A DNA stretch of 63,823 bases, counting the filler, from Nitrospinota bacterium (GTDB lineage: Bacteria; JAUXIQ01): the NCBI GenBank assembly GCA_030620925.1. It is 13 parts of 13 records of this genome, joined end to end, with 100 filler letters (N's around TTAATTAATTAA, not from the genome) between each part and the next. Parts side by side here need not be neighbours in the genome. Positions count along the whole stretch, not along the records: positions 47,853 to 52,972 come from JAUXIQ010000179.1; positions 53,073 to 56,370 come from JAUXIQ010000333.1; positions 56,471 to 60,084 come from JAUXIQ010000299.1; 10 more parts are not named here. One strand, written 5' to 3'. The position numbers and the translations under genes were made by a program. A model generated the notes under the pieces. The model was given only the letters and a program-made list of their open reading frames with translations, did no database searches and was not told the origin of the DNA. Shown here piece by piece: positions 49,183 through 59,508 of the stretch (position 1 is its first letter; each line of letters starts with the position of its first letter).

Positions 49183-49379
49183 GGGTTACGCCCGGCCCGT
49201 TATAGAATAGAATGGAGAGAACAAAATATCGCCTACTTCGGACTTCAGCATTATATTGACCCGCCGGCGGATTTGACAACTTCTAATCGTTTCCCGCGGC
49301 AACGGTTTATGATAATATTTTGTCTTACACGCCGCGGGAAAAGTGCTGATAGGCTACTATAAACAGGAGGAGACTGGTT

Positions 49380-49679
49380 GTGCTGCTGGTAGAGCTTATG
49401 ACCAAAGATGAGTGTTCCCTGTGCGAGAAGGCGAAAGAGATAATACTGTCCACCCGGCGAGTTCACCCCTTTGACTTTCGGGAAGTGGACATCAGGTCAA
49501 ATTCCCGTCTCTATCAGCGATACAAAGAAAAGATACCGGTGGTTAGGATCGAAGGAGAGGACGCTTTCAAATACAAACTGAGCGAAAGGGCTCTGATAAG
49601 AAAACTGGTGAGGGCGGAAAAAAGAAGCGGTCAGTCTTCCTCCAATGCCGTCCACGACCCGTCCTCAGAGAGAGAGTAG
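49380..49679 (+). CDS. Glutaredoxin-like protein (DUF836 type)
   Basis: TKDECSLCEKAK, EVDI, Y.EKIPVV. Confidence 0.82.
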   Translation: MLLVELMTKDECSLCEKAKEIILSTRRVHPFDFREVDIRSNSRLYQRYKEKIPVVRIEGEDAFKYKLSERALIRKLVRAEKRSGQSSSNAVHDPSSERE

Positions 49680-49897
49680 TACCCTACGGGAAGCCAGCCC
49701 TTCTCCTCGCATAACCCGCGAACCCGCTCCCTGTCTTCTTCATTGAAAGAAAGGGCCAGGGCGCATTCTGAAGATATGCTTCTGGGTTTGACCATGGTCC
49801 GGGTGCGGATTCTGGCCCCTTTCAAACCCTTTTCGGCGGTCAACGTCTCGTGAGTGGTCCTGAAAACGACTATTATCTCTGCGCTTGCGGCAGTCAA
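49631..49897 (-). CDS. DUF3343 family (putative Se/S carrier-like) protein
   Basis: VVF.TTHE.L.AEK.LK, PRSISSECALAL; GGAGGAGG RBS. Confidence 0.75.
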   Translation of the reverse strand: MTAASAEIIVVFRTTHETLTAEKGLKGARIRTRTMVKPRSISSECALALSFNEEDRERVRGLCEEKGWLPVGYYSLSEDGSWTALEED

Positions 49898-49959
49898 AGC
49901 CTCCTCCCACTTTGTTCATGTGTTCGAGGGCGGTTGATTCTATGGCGTATTATGGAAGG

Positions 49960-51132
49960 TTAACGCTTCAACATGCTGTCCAGACTATCCAGGAAATATT
50001 CCACTTCGTCTCCGGTGTTGAAATAACCCATGCTGACACGCACCGTACCCTCTGGAAAAGTGCCTATGGTTTTGTGCGCCGCCGGTGAACAGTGGAGCCC
50101 CACCCTGGTCATTATCCCGAATTCGTCATCCAGCCTCTGGCCGATCGAGGCGGGGTCCATCCCCTTGGCGGTGAATGAGACCACGGGCATCCTCTCCTCG
50201 GCTTTCGGGGGGCCGTAGACCTCCACCCCCTCTATAGCGTTCAACCCTTCCAGCAGTAGGGTGGTAAGCTTCACTTCACGCCCCCTTATCTTTTCAAGAC
50301 CCGCTTCCAGAATATATTTGACTCCGGCTCCGAGGCCCACGACTCCGGGGGTGTTCAACGTGCCGCTCTCGTATCTGTCGGGGAAAAGTGAGGGCTGGGC
50401 CAGGTCTTCGCTGCTGCTTCCCGTTCCCCCTTCGATGAGGGGTTCGAGCTCTATTCCTTCCTTGATGTAGAGCAGCCCGGTTCCCTGGGGCCCGAGAAGA
50501 CCCTTATGGCCTGAGCAAGCCAGAAGGTCCACGCAATCCGCCTCCACGTCAATGGGCAGTGAACCGGCTGTCTGAGCGGCATCCACCAGCAGAGGTATTC
50601 CTCTGGTTCTGGCATGTTTTCCGATTTCTGCTATGGGGTTGATGGTTCCCACAACGTTAGAAGCGTGTATGACGGCTATCAACCTGGTACGGGGCTTTAG
50701 TGCATTGATCAGTGCTCCCGGATCGAGCCGTCCTTCGATATCGCATTGCACCACCTCCACCTCCACGCCGTTTTGCTCCAGTCCGTGGATGGGCCGCATC
50801 AGGGAATTATGTTCCATGCTGGTGGTGACCAGATGGTCGCCCGCCGAAAGAAGGCCTTTGAGCGCCATATTGAGGGCTGTAGTGGCGTTGAGTGTGAAAA
50901 TGAGTCGGGAAGTGTCTTCTATGTTAAACAGTCGGGCCACTGTCTCTCGGGCTTCGAGAACGGCCCGGGCTGCTTCCAGGGACTTTCTGTGACCGGCACG
51001 GCCGGGGTTTCCCCCCAGGTTCTCCAGGGCCCCGAGCGTCGCCCTGTACACTTCTTCCGGTTTTGGATAGGAGGTAGAGGCGTTGTCGAAATATACTTGC
51101 ACAACTGCACCAGCCCTGGCTACCGAGCTCAC
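49960..51132 (-). CDS. Cysteine desulfurase/selenocysteine lyase family (class V aminotransferase)
   Basis: YFDNASTSYPKP, MEHNS, DAAQTAG, SGHKGLLGPQG, RVGLHCSP. True start may be near 51102. Confidence 0.92.
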   Translation of the reverse strand: MSSVARAGAVVQVYFDNASTSYPKPEEVYRATLGALENLGGNPGRAGHRKSLEAARAVLEARETVARLFNIEDTSRLIFTLNATTALNMALKGLLSAGDHLVTTSMEHNSLMRPIHGLEQNGVEVEVVQCDIEGRLDPGALINALKPRTRLIAVIHASNVVGTINPIAEIGKHARTRGIPLLVDAAQTAGSLPIDVEADCVDLLACSGHKGLLGPQGTGLLYIKEGIELEPLIEGGTGSSSEDLAQPSLFPDRYESGTLNTPGVVGLGAGVKYILEAGLEKIRGREVKLTTLLLEGLNAIEGVEVYGPPKAEERMPVVSFTAKGMDPASIGQRLDDEFGIMTRVGLHCSPAAHKTIGTFPEGTVRVSMGYFNTGDEVEYFLDSLDSMLKR

Positions 51133-52139
51133 GGGGTTGGCTCCAACGGGCTGTTTTTGCTGATCTCTTTAAGAGACAACCCGCCGATCCACCAATAGAT
51201 CAGGCCACCCACTACGAGAGGAATGAAAAAGGAAGCATGGGCCACTATCGCTATGCTCTGGGCTTTCGCTTCCGCCACCCCCAGCCAGACCAGGCCTGAA
51301 CGGGTGGTCAGGTGGTAAGTGCCTATGTATCCCGGTGTTGGAATTATCACACCCAGAGCCTGAGTGACGATCAGGAAAAAGTAGCCGTATATGGGCAGTG
51401 AAAGACCGAAGGCTTTGATGATCAGGTAATTGCTTACCACCGAGATTAACCATACGGGAACGGATATTAGTATGACAAGGGCCAGGTTCTTGCCCATCTT
51501 AAGAGAATCCAGCCCGTCTATGAATGAGTCTACCATACCCTCAAAGCGTTGGCCCGCGCCCTTAGGAAGGATTCGGATCAGGGGAGCGATAAATTTCAGG
51601 GCCCAATCCCTCTTCTTCTGGAATAACAACAGCAGTATGAGAAAACCTATCAGTATCGCCGCCGCCACCAATCCGTAGTATTTCAGGCGGGGCACTATAG
51701 CGCCCATCTCATCTGCATAGCCCAGAAGGAAAACAATGACCACCCCCAGCAAAATGGCCACCACGCTGAAACAGTCCACCAGGCGCTCAACCACTATGGT
51801 AGCGAAAGAGCTCAGCTTGTTTATTCTTTCCCGCTCTCCAACAACGTGTGCCCTGAGGAATTCGCCCAGGCGCCCCGGGAGGAGCATATTTACCATATAG
51901 CCGGCCAGAATTGCATAAAACAGGTTTTTCATACGAACCTCACCCACCGACCCCAGTAGATATTTCCAGCGCAGAGACCTGACCCATATAGCCGCGAAGT
52001 TGATCAACACTATTGGTATGATGTATAGCAGATTGATTGTCTTGAAGGTTGCTATCAATTCAGAGGCGTCTATCTTTGTGGCCAGGTAATATATGGCGAG
52101 CGCGCTTATAATGGCACCGATAATCAAATTTATTTTCAC
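51129..52139 (-). CDS. Lysylphosphatidylglycerol-synthase TM region / flippase-like membrane protein
   Basis: RSLRWKYLL, NMLLPGRLGEFLR, TIVVERLVD, PTPGYIGTYH. Confidence 0.88.
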   Translation of the reverse strand: MKINLIIGAIISALAIYYLATKIDASELIATFKTINLLYIIPIVLINFAAIWVRSLRWKYLLGSVGEVRMKNLFYAILAGYMVNMLLPGRLGEFLRAHVVGERERINKLSSFATIVVERLVDCFSVVAILLGVVIVFLLGYADEMGAIVPRLKYYGLVAAAILIGFLILLLLFQKKRDWALKFIAPLIRILPKGAGQRFEGMVDSFIDGLDSLKMGKNLALVILISVPVWLISVVSNYLIIKAFGLSLPIYGYFFLIVTQALGVIIPTPGYIGTYHLTTRSGLVWLGVAEAKAQSIAIVAHASFFIPLVVGGLIYWWIGGLSLKEISKNSPLEPTP

Positions 52140-52548
52140 TGAATCCCTCTTATTTTGCAGCAGACAGGAAACTTAAATTTCGAATCTTAATATATAGCAC
52201 TACAGTGTTGTCTATGTAAAACTAAATCTATACTGCAAGTTAAGCAAGTTACGGAAGGTATCCATCCACTTTACAAATGGGTGGAAGGGCACATAAAATA
52301 GTTTCTCGCCACCTCAATATCGGACATTTCCTATTATACTTTAATCAACTACTTTAGTAACATGATGAATAAAAAGCCTTGACAGTAAAGGTAGGGGATG
52401 ATAATTTCGTTTTTAATGGATTTTAAACCTGACTTAAAAAACTTTACTTAATTTTCAAGGTACAAATCTGGCGAGGTCTAATGATATTTAAGTTAATGCC
52501 GATAATTCCAATGTGAAAGGAATGAAGGCTAAAGAAATCGTAGGTGTA

Positions 52549-52972
52549 ATGACCATGAGCATTATAAGAGAAACAATAGCTGGAAGAAAAATAAAAAGTC
52601 GTATTCTTATCGCTTTTCTGACCGTTTTAATTGTGGGGATATGGGCACGGCCTCCCCTCGCCCGGGAATCGGGCATCAAACTCCCTTCCAGTTCGTCGGG
52701 CCAGGGGGAGAAAATACTCAAACTGGGGCTTAAAGAGGCCGTCGGTATTTCGCTTCTTAACAATTTGGAAATAGAGGCGGAAAAATATAACCCTCAGATT
52801 GCCGAAACGGTATTAGCAAGGGCTAAATCGGAGTTCCACCCCGTGATATTTGGCGGCGTCGACGCCGAACGGAACGTAAAGCCCTCGGGGAGCAGTGTAT
52901 TCTCAATCGAGGCCGTCAACAATGAATTTAATTTTAACGCCGGACTCAAGTCCAAATTTATCACCGGCGGCA
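52549..52972 (+). CDS. TolC family outer-membrane protein, N-terminal part (truncated)
   Basis: LKLGLKEAVGISLLNNLEI, AKSEFHP, KFITGG. Confidence 0.7.
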
Positions 52973-53072
52973 NNNNNNNNNNNNNNNNNNNNNNNNNNNN
53001 NNNNNNNNNNNNNNNNTTAATTAATTAANNNNNNNNNNNNNNNNNNNNNNNNNNNNNNNNNNNNNNNNNNNN

Positions 53073-53213
53073 CATGCACTCTATTTCCTCGTCGTCTATG
53101 TGCGGGAAATATGACCTCTCGTTGATCTGTATACTGAATCCCGCCTTCCCCAACAGCCGGAAGGTGGCTTCCTGGAGGCTTCCTTTGGGCAGACCGAGTT
53201 TTAAAACTTTCAT
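53073..53213 (-). CDS. hisG: ATP phosphoribosyltransferase, N-terminus (truncated)
   Basis: [19 protein letters not shown]......RSYFP.IDD.EIEC. Confidence 0.88.
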
Positions 53214-53482
53214 TACTTTAATACCTCATCATACTATTGATAAAATCGTAGTAGAAAAATCTACAGGGGGAGCTTTTCCGAGAATATGCAGCAGTTTCTT
53301 ATAAACCATATAAGATACTGAATTTAAAAGTGAAGTCAAGCATTTCTTGTTCTAACGATACTTTATCGGGGTCGAGCAGGGCTTTTTTCCATTATATATG
53401 CGGCGGCACACCTTTTACCATCTCCGGGGAAAAGATAAAATTCGTCTTGGATTTCGACTCTCCTTTAATTATTATACAACAC

Positions 53483-54280
53483 ATGAATAGTGAGCAGGAA
53501 AAAGACCGGACGCCGCGCAGAAGCGTGGTGGACCAGTATACCCGCCAGGCGGGAAAATATGCGCGGAGCTCTGTCCACAGTGATGCCCGGAACCTGGCCG
53601 ACCTGGTGCAATTCGCTTCGCTGCCGGCCGGCGTCAGCGTCCTGGATGTGGCCACCGGCACCGGTTTCACGGCATTTGCCTTTGCGGAAGCGGGTCACAG
53701 TGTGATGGGGCTCGATTTGACCTCCGCAATGCTTCTCCAGGCCCGGAAACTGGCCGGAGAACGGGGGCTGGAGTCCATACGGTTTGTGCTCGGCCGTGCG
53801 GAGGTGCTCCCGTTCGCCGAAAGTTCCTTAGATGCGGTTACCTGCAGGTTGTCCCCGCACCACTTTTCCGATGTCCCCCGATTTCTGGCCGAGGTCAGGC
53901 GGGTGCTTAAGAAGGGGGGAGCGGTGATAATCACCGATACAGCGTCGCCGGATGACTCGCCGCATATGTCGGAGTGGTTCAACAGGGTGGAAGTAATCAG
54001 AGACCCCTCGCATAATCTGAACTATTCTCCCGTCCAGTGGAGGGAAATAGCTGAAGGCGCAGGGCTGCAGGTGATGAACGTAGATTATTCCCAACGCCTC
54101 TCACACAGCTTCTCTAAGTGGGTCGAAACATCGGGGACGCCGCAAGAGCGGTTGGAAGAATTACGAAACGGATTTACCCGTGCCCCGGACGACGTCAAAT
54201 CCTTCTTCGCCATCGAAGAGCAGGGGGAGGAGATAAATTTTGCCTGGCCGGTGGTGCGCATGAAAGCCGTTAAGCCCTGA
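53483..54280 (+). CDS. Class I SAM-dependent methyltransferase
   Basis: VLDVATGTG, GLDLT, AEVLPF, HHFSD, RRVLKKGG, RDPSH. Confidence 0.9.
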   Translation: MNSEQEKDRTPRRSVVDQYTRQAGKYARSSVHSDARNLADLVQFASLPAGVSVLDVATGTGFTAFAFAEAGHSVMGLDLTSAMLLQARKLAGERGLESIRFVLGRAEVLPFAESSLDAVTCRLSPHHFSDVPRFLAEVRRVLKKGGAVIITDTASPDDSPHMSEWFNRVEVIRDPSHNLNYSPVQWREIAEGAGLQVMNVDYSQRLSHSFSKWVETSGTPQERLEELRNGFTRAPDDVKSFFAIEEQGEEINFAWPVVRMKAVKP

Positions 54281-54350
54281 TGGATAGTCCGGTTTTGATA
54301 GAGACCCCTTTTCGTGCCTCCTGGAAAAGGTTTCCTCTCAGGGTGGGACT

Positions 54351-54857
54351 TTAAAGAAACTTGCCATCGTCCAGTTGTATGATTTCCACCGCCAATGTAT
54401 CGCCGACCGTGAGTATACCCACCGAGGGCCTGCCGGAATAGCTGTCCCTACCCGCCCGACCGGGGTTGAAGTAGAGAATCCCATCCTCTTCATCAATGGA
54501 CGGGAAATGCGTGTGGCCGTAGATGACCGCCTGAGGTTGTTTAGCGGTGATGAGCTCATTCAAAGGCTTGGAGATTTGAGAGGGTGCCCCTGCCTCATGG
54601 GTTAAAAGGAGGGTCTTGCCGTTAAACTGGATGAATTCAACCTGACGATACTTCTCCCACCCTTGAAAATAGTCTCCGTTTCCCTGCACGGCTGTCAACG
54701 GCGCTATCGCTCGCAACTCTTTCAGCAATTTTTCCGTACCTATATCGCCGGCGTGGAGAATATGCTCTACATCGCTGAAAATGCAGAATATTTCCGAGTT
54801 TAAGAAACCGTGAGTGTCAGCTAAGACCCCCACTTTGATTGGCGTTGGCTTTATCAT
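54351..54857 (-). CDS. YfcE/MJ0936-like metallophosphoesterase
   Basis: ADTHG, HAGDI, GNGD, GHTH, NPG. Confidence 0.9.
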   Translation of the reverse strand: MIKPTPIKVGVLADTHGFLNSEIFCIFSDVEHILHAGDIGTEKLLKELRAIAPLTAVQGNGDYFQGWEKYRQVEFIQFNGKTLLLTHEAGAPSQISKPLNELITAKQPQAVIYGHTHFPSIDEEDGILYFNPGRAGRDSYSGRPSVGILTVGDTLAVEIIQLDDGKFL

Positions 54858-55608
54858 TGACTCTGTTTGTCAAGTCTATGTCCAGAATTCTGGCAAAGTT
54901 TTCTCCCAGAATGAGATCCAGCTCATGCGAAGAGAGGTCTACCCGTTTAAGGCTCAGCACCGAATATATCGGGAAAATGCCGGGCGCGCTTGAGCCGAAG
55001 ATTATCCGTTCCGCCCCAACCTCTCTCGCAGCCATTCTTATTATAGCAGGTTGGGAATTGGCTATAGCGGTTCCCAGAAATATGTTATCACATTTCTTGG
55101 CCGCCAGGATAGCCTGGTCCACATTGTAGGGATAACCCATGTGCTCCATTATAATAGCCACGTCTGAGTAGTTTTCCGCCAGTTCTTTGATGGAAAGCGG
55201 CTCGCAGCCATGTGAGCCTGAATGGATTATCACCGGTATGTCCAGTTCTCCGGCCTTGGACATTATGGGATCGACCACGGAACTGTTGATGTTATAACCG
55301 TGGACGGTGGGGACTAACTTGAGACAAGCCATGTCCCAATCTTTTATCGCTTTCTCCAGCTCTTCTACTGCTTCGCTCCCCAGGCCGGGATTAATGCTCG
55401 CGCAGCCTATCAGCCTCGGGTAGTTTTTTATTTGCTCATACACCCACTTGTTCGGCGGCCTCACGGAAGCCTCGGGAATAACCACCGCATACTTTATGCC
55501 GGCCTCGTTCTCGAGAGCCAGCAATTCCTCCGGTCCATACCAGCGGTTCTCATTCTTCCTCTCCCCAAGGTGAGTCTCGAAGTCGATGGTATGCGCCATT
55601 TGTGACAT
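54817..55608 (-). CDS. Amidohydrolase family protein
   Basis: IDFETH, LKLVP, PVIIHSG, IMEHMG, RIIFGSS.P, ILGENFARI. Confidence 0.82.
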   Translation of the reverse strand: MSQMAHTIDFETHLGERKNENRWYGPEELLALENEAGIKYAVVIPEASVRPPNKWVYEQIKNYPRLIGCASINPGLGSEAVEELEKAIKDWDMACLKLVPTVHGYNINSSVVDPIMSKAGELDIPVIIHSGSHGCEPLSIKELAENYSDVAIIMEHMGYPYNVDQAILAAKKCDNIFLGTAIANSQPAIIRMAAREVGAERIIFGSSAPGIFPIYSVLSLKRVDLSSHELDLILGENFARILDIDLTNRVNDKANANQSGGLS

Positions 55609-55833
55609 ACCCCCCCTATTTCCCTCAGATTTTTGGTTGACATACTCCCCCGTTCTGCTTTTAGTTTATTAAGTGTAAAACATTTCGATTTAGTAATCAA
55701 CCATTTCTATGTATTGTCTGTCTGTTTCTAGACCCTTTCTCTTAATTATAGTTAAAGTTATTATAATAAAACGAATAACCTCATTGGAGGCCTCCATTTT
55801 CTTCACCATTCAATAACAGTGTTTTGTATCAGT

Positions 55834-56112
55834 GGTAAGTCGCGGGATGTCTCTAGGCGGGGTATTGAATACCCCCGCCACAAGTGACGGGGTTCGTACC
55901 ACGCAAAGCGTGGGTCATGATGCTCCCATCCATGAATGAATGGGTATCCAGTGTGAGGCACACCTGAAATTTTGGGGGTGGTGCTCCCGCCGAGGCGGGA
56001 GCTGATGAGTTGAATCACTTCATGAGGGGCGGTTTTATAAATTGGTTGCTAGGCGAAACAAGCTGTGATATGGTTCCCCCCATCCGAATTCGGGTGGGGG
56101 GAAACCCGTCAA
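55834..56112 (+). ncRNA. Candidate structured non-coding RNA or leader (unassigned)
   Basis: At least six hairpins in ~280 nt of intergenic DNA; no full match to a family I recognise; strand uncertain. Confidence 0.35.
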
Positions 56113-56144
56113 GCATTGTTCGAAAACCTTTGGAACCTGATTTT

Positions 56145-56163
56145 AACCCCGCCTTCCGCGGGG
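56145..56163. repeat. Dispersed palindromic repeat (copy 4, core only)
   Basis: AACCCCGCCTTCCGCGGGG. Confidence 0.7.
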
Positions 56164-56189
56164 AAGGCATGGGGGGGGGAAACGGATTC

Positions 56190-56370
56190 ATGAGTCGGCC
56201 CGTCGATTATGTAGATGTGAGCAGCCTTTTCGACTGCGTGGTCAGGGCCTATCCCGATAACAAAGCCCTGGTGCATGGAGATCGAAGGGTAACATACGCC
56301 GAGCTTTCGGATAGAGTGGGCTCAATAGCCAAAAGCCTGCTCAAAAGAGGGGTTAAGAAGGGGGATAAGG
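56190..56370 (+). CDS. AMP-binding (acyl-CoA ligase) enzyme, N-terminus (truncated)
   Basis: YPDNKALVHGDRRVTYAEL..RV..IA..L..RGVKKGDK. Confidence 0.82.
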
Positions 56371-56470
56371 NNNNNNNNNNNNNNNNNNNNNNNNNNNNNN
56401 NNNNNNNNNNNNNNTTAATTAATTAANNNNNNNNNNNNNNNNNNNNNNNNNNNNNNNNNNNNNNNNNNNN

Positions 56471-58151
56471 CGTGGCTTATCGGCGCACCGAAAAAGGCGG
56501 CGATGGCACCCCCCTCATACTTATCTATAGTACCCTCGTATTTCAGTATTATATCCGACATGTCGGTAAGATATTCGTTGATTAGCGCCACCAGTTCTTC
56601 AGGAACCAGCTTCTCTGAAATAGACGTGAAGCCCTGGATGTCGGAGAAGAAAGCGGTGAGAACCCTGCGTTCACCGCTCAGTTTCAGCATATCGGGGTTA
56701 TCAATCATCTGGCTTACGACGTGTGGTGCAACGTAAGGGCCGAAGGCGTTCTGGATGAACCGCTTCTTTTCCCCCTCGGTCAGGCGCCTATAAAAGCTGA
56801 CGGCGGCGAAAGTAGCTATCACGTTCAGCCCCGGATATACCACGTTCAGCCAGACACCGCGCTCCACAAACATGTACCGGTTAAAATAGAGGAAGGCCGC
56901 AAAGATCAATACCAGACTCAGGGCACCGACGGCAGCCCTGCTCTTTCTGAGGATCAACCCCAGGCCTATCCCCAACCCCAGGATCATAGCCAGATCCAGG
57001 TTACGCGCCCACTTCGGTTTTGCCAGATACCTGTTATGTAAGAGGTTGTCAATTATGTTCGCCTGTATTTCCACCCTGGGAAAATTTTTTTCTAAGGGGA
57101 TAACCTTCGGCTCGTGGACTCCCGTCGCAGTGACCCCCACAAGCACCATCTTGTCCATGAAAGCATCGGAAGGCACCTCTTCTTTCAGGATGTCTGCAAT
57201 CGAATAGTGCCGGTAGGTCTTCGCGCCTCCCGCATAGTTTATCAGTATCATCCCTTTTTTGTCCGTGGGTATGACCCTGTCACCCAATTGCACTTCCTCC
57301 AACCCCCGTTCGTCGACCGTGAGGGTAAAATCGGGCGAACCGAGGAATTCCAGCAGCATCTTAAAGAACAAGGGTGGGAAAAGGTTTGCACCTGGTAAAA
57401 GATCATCCCCTTTATACTCGACGACCAGGGGCAACCTGCGTACTACCCCATCAGGGTCGGGGATAACATTGAAATATCCGAAATCCAACGCCGCTTTTGA
57501 GATAACTTCAATGTTCGACTTTACACCATAGCCCTTGATGAAATTTCCCTCTCCGGCTTCCCGGCTTGTGTAGAAGACTTGATCGTAGTTGGAAAATTCA
57601 ATTGAGGATAAATAATTTTTGAGGGTCTCGGGAGCTATATGTTCCAGGTCTGCCCTCTGGAGATAAAAATAGTATCCTAAAATCACCCGGCCCGAATCCT
57701 GAACAGCCTCGGCGACTCGGGCATCATTATTCGCTTCCTGCTCAAGCGCCCGAAGATATTCGAGCATGTCTGAGCCATCGGCGATATTTTCTTCTAATTT
57801 CCTCTTTATCAGATCAACATTACGCAGGAAAGAGTTCTCTTCCGCCTCTGAGAAAACAATATCGAAACCGATAACGCGAGCTCCATACTCGCCCAGCTTA
57901 TCCAGAAGAAGCGCTATCGTGGAGCGGGGCCAAGGCCAACGACCCAGGGCATGCAGGCTCTTTTCGTCAATAGCGGCTATCACCACTTCGTCGCCATGCT
58001 CTAACCCGCCGCGGGACTTCATTCTGAGGTCGTAAGCTTTCAGCTCCACCATATCCAGAAAAGAAATGCCTGAAAGGTAAAATACGGATAACGTCGCTGC
58101 CAGAATTATGCTTATCAAGAGCGGAGCGGAATTGAAGATCCTATTTTTCAT
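56471..58151 (-). CDS. CHASE2-domain class III adenylate/guanylate cyclase (truncated)
   Basis: AIDEKSL..LGRWPWPR, DPDGVVRR, three TM helices, LTAFFSDIQGFTSISE, IDKYEGGA. Confidence 0.92.
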
Positions 58152-58407
58152 TACCGATCGACCTGAAAAAAACCTGGTTATCTGTTACTCATGGTAATAA
58201 AATCACCACACTGAACCGGAAAATAATACTCCTTTTTTCTCATCTGCTAGATGAAAGCATAGCACAGACGGTATATTTATTTTAAATGATAATACAATTT
58301 TTTTCCTGATAAACCGATCCAAAGAAAACCCGTGAAGAGGAGATAGGGCAATACGGTTCAATTCGGGCTCCATAATCAATAGCAGCGCTCGTAATATTCT
58401 CCGCCGG

Positions 58408-59253
58408 ATGAGGCGCTATAAAATAGTAAGAGACGCGGCCGTCTACTTGCTGCCCCTCATCATCTACGGCTGTATGGCCACCAATACCTCTTCCACCGGA
58501 TTCAATATCGTACCCCTCTCTCAAGAAATCGAGATTGGAAAGCAGCTCTCCCAGCAGATAGATAAAAAGTTCCCCATTTACTCTGATAGGGAGGTACGGC
58601 TTTACGTATCCTACCTGGGAAACAGGCTTGTGAAGGCATACGGTGGTCATACGTTGTTCGACTACCATTTCAGGGTGTTAGACGATGAAGAGATTAATGC
58701 ATTTAACATACCGGGCGGATATATTTACCTCCATCGGGGCATGATAGCCAGGGTCGATAATGAGGCGGAGCTCGCCGCCGTCCTCTCTCATGAAATAGGC
58801 CATGCCCTTGCCCGCCACTCCACACAGTTAATGAGTACCCAGTTAGGCCTGTCCTTCGTCCTGTCCATGATTCTGGGCCCTGAAACGTCTCAGTGGGAGA
58901 AAATGGCCGCAGACCTTTTTGCCGGCGTAGGCATTCTGGCTTATACCCGCTCCATGGAACGAGAGGCTGACAGGCTTGCCATACTGATCATGCACCAGGC
59001 CGGATACGATCCCCGCGCCGCCCTTACCCTCATGGATAAGATGCTCGCTCTCAAAAAGAGGGAGCCACATGCCTTAGAGAAGCTTTTCTCCTCCCATCCT
59101 ACGACCTCGGAAAGGATCAAGAATGCACGGGACGACATCAGCAGGCTGACCCTCCGCCGCGGACTCTTCCTTAACACCTCCCGCTTTGACCAGATAAAAA
59201 AAATTGTTGAAACCGACCCCTACCCAAAAAATAAGAACTCTTTTAAACGCTGA
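58408..59253 (+). CDS. M48 family zinc metalloprotease (probable lipoprotein)
   Basis: IYGC lipobox-like site, INAF..PGG, HEIGH, EREAD, SHP. Confidence 0.9.
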   Translation: MRRYKIVRDAAVYLLPLIIYGCMATNTSSTGFNIVPLSQEIEIGKQLSQQIDKKFPIYSDREVRLYVSYLGNRLVKAYGGHTLFDYHFRVLDDEEINAFNIPGGYIYLHRGMIARVDNEAELAAVLSHEIGHALARHSTQLMSTQLGLSFVLSMILGPETSQWEKMAADLFAGVGILAYTRSMEREADRLAILIMHQAGYDPRAALTLMDKMLALKKREPHALEKLFSSHPTTSERIKNARDDISRLTLRRGLFLNTSRFDQIKKIVETDPYPKNKNSFKR

Positions 59254-59350
59254 AAACATCCCGCGAAGATTAACGGTACAAGTTTAAGGCCATGATGGGA
59301 GCAGCCTATCTCAACATACTTGCTAAAACCAGCGCCCTCATTCACTCTCA

Positions 59351-59400
59351 ATTATGAAGCCCCCTGCTCGATGCAAGCATCGGCCAGGGGGCTTCATAAT
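59351..59400. terminator. Long hairpin between convergent genes (probable bidirectional terminator)
   Basis: 16-bp perfect arms ATTATGAAGCCCCCTG / CAGGGGGCTTCATAAT, extended by an inner CGATGC/GCATCG stem. Confidence 0.6.
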
Positions 59401-59508
59401 CAAACTTCAAATTGTTCTCCTGCTTATTCTCGTTCGCTGCCCAAGGTACGATGGTTTCAATGCGCCGGTTAAACCCTCGGTTTTAAGACTTCACGCTCGT
59501 TCAGGCCA

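Noticed and set aside
55885-55955. c-di-GMP-I riboswitch (ACGCAAAGC..GGGTC)
   Set aside because: The upstream GGCAAAC/GAAA P2 stem is missing; the resemblance is partial only.
55975-56065. Type III hammerhead ribozyme (hairpin + CTGATGAG ... CGAAAC)
   Set aside because: The core words and a stem I are present, but the cleavage triplet would be GUG and stems II and III pair poorly. Kept only as part of the unassigned RNA candidate.
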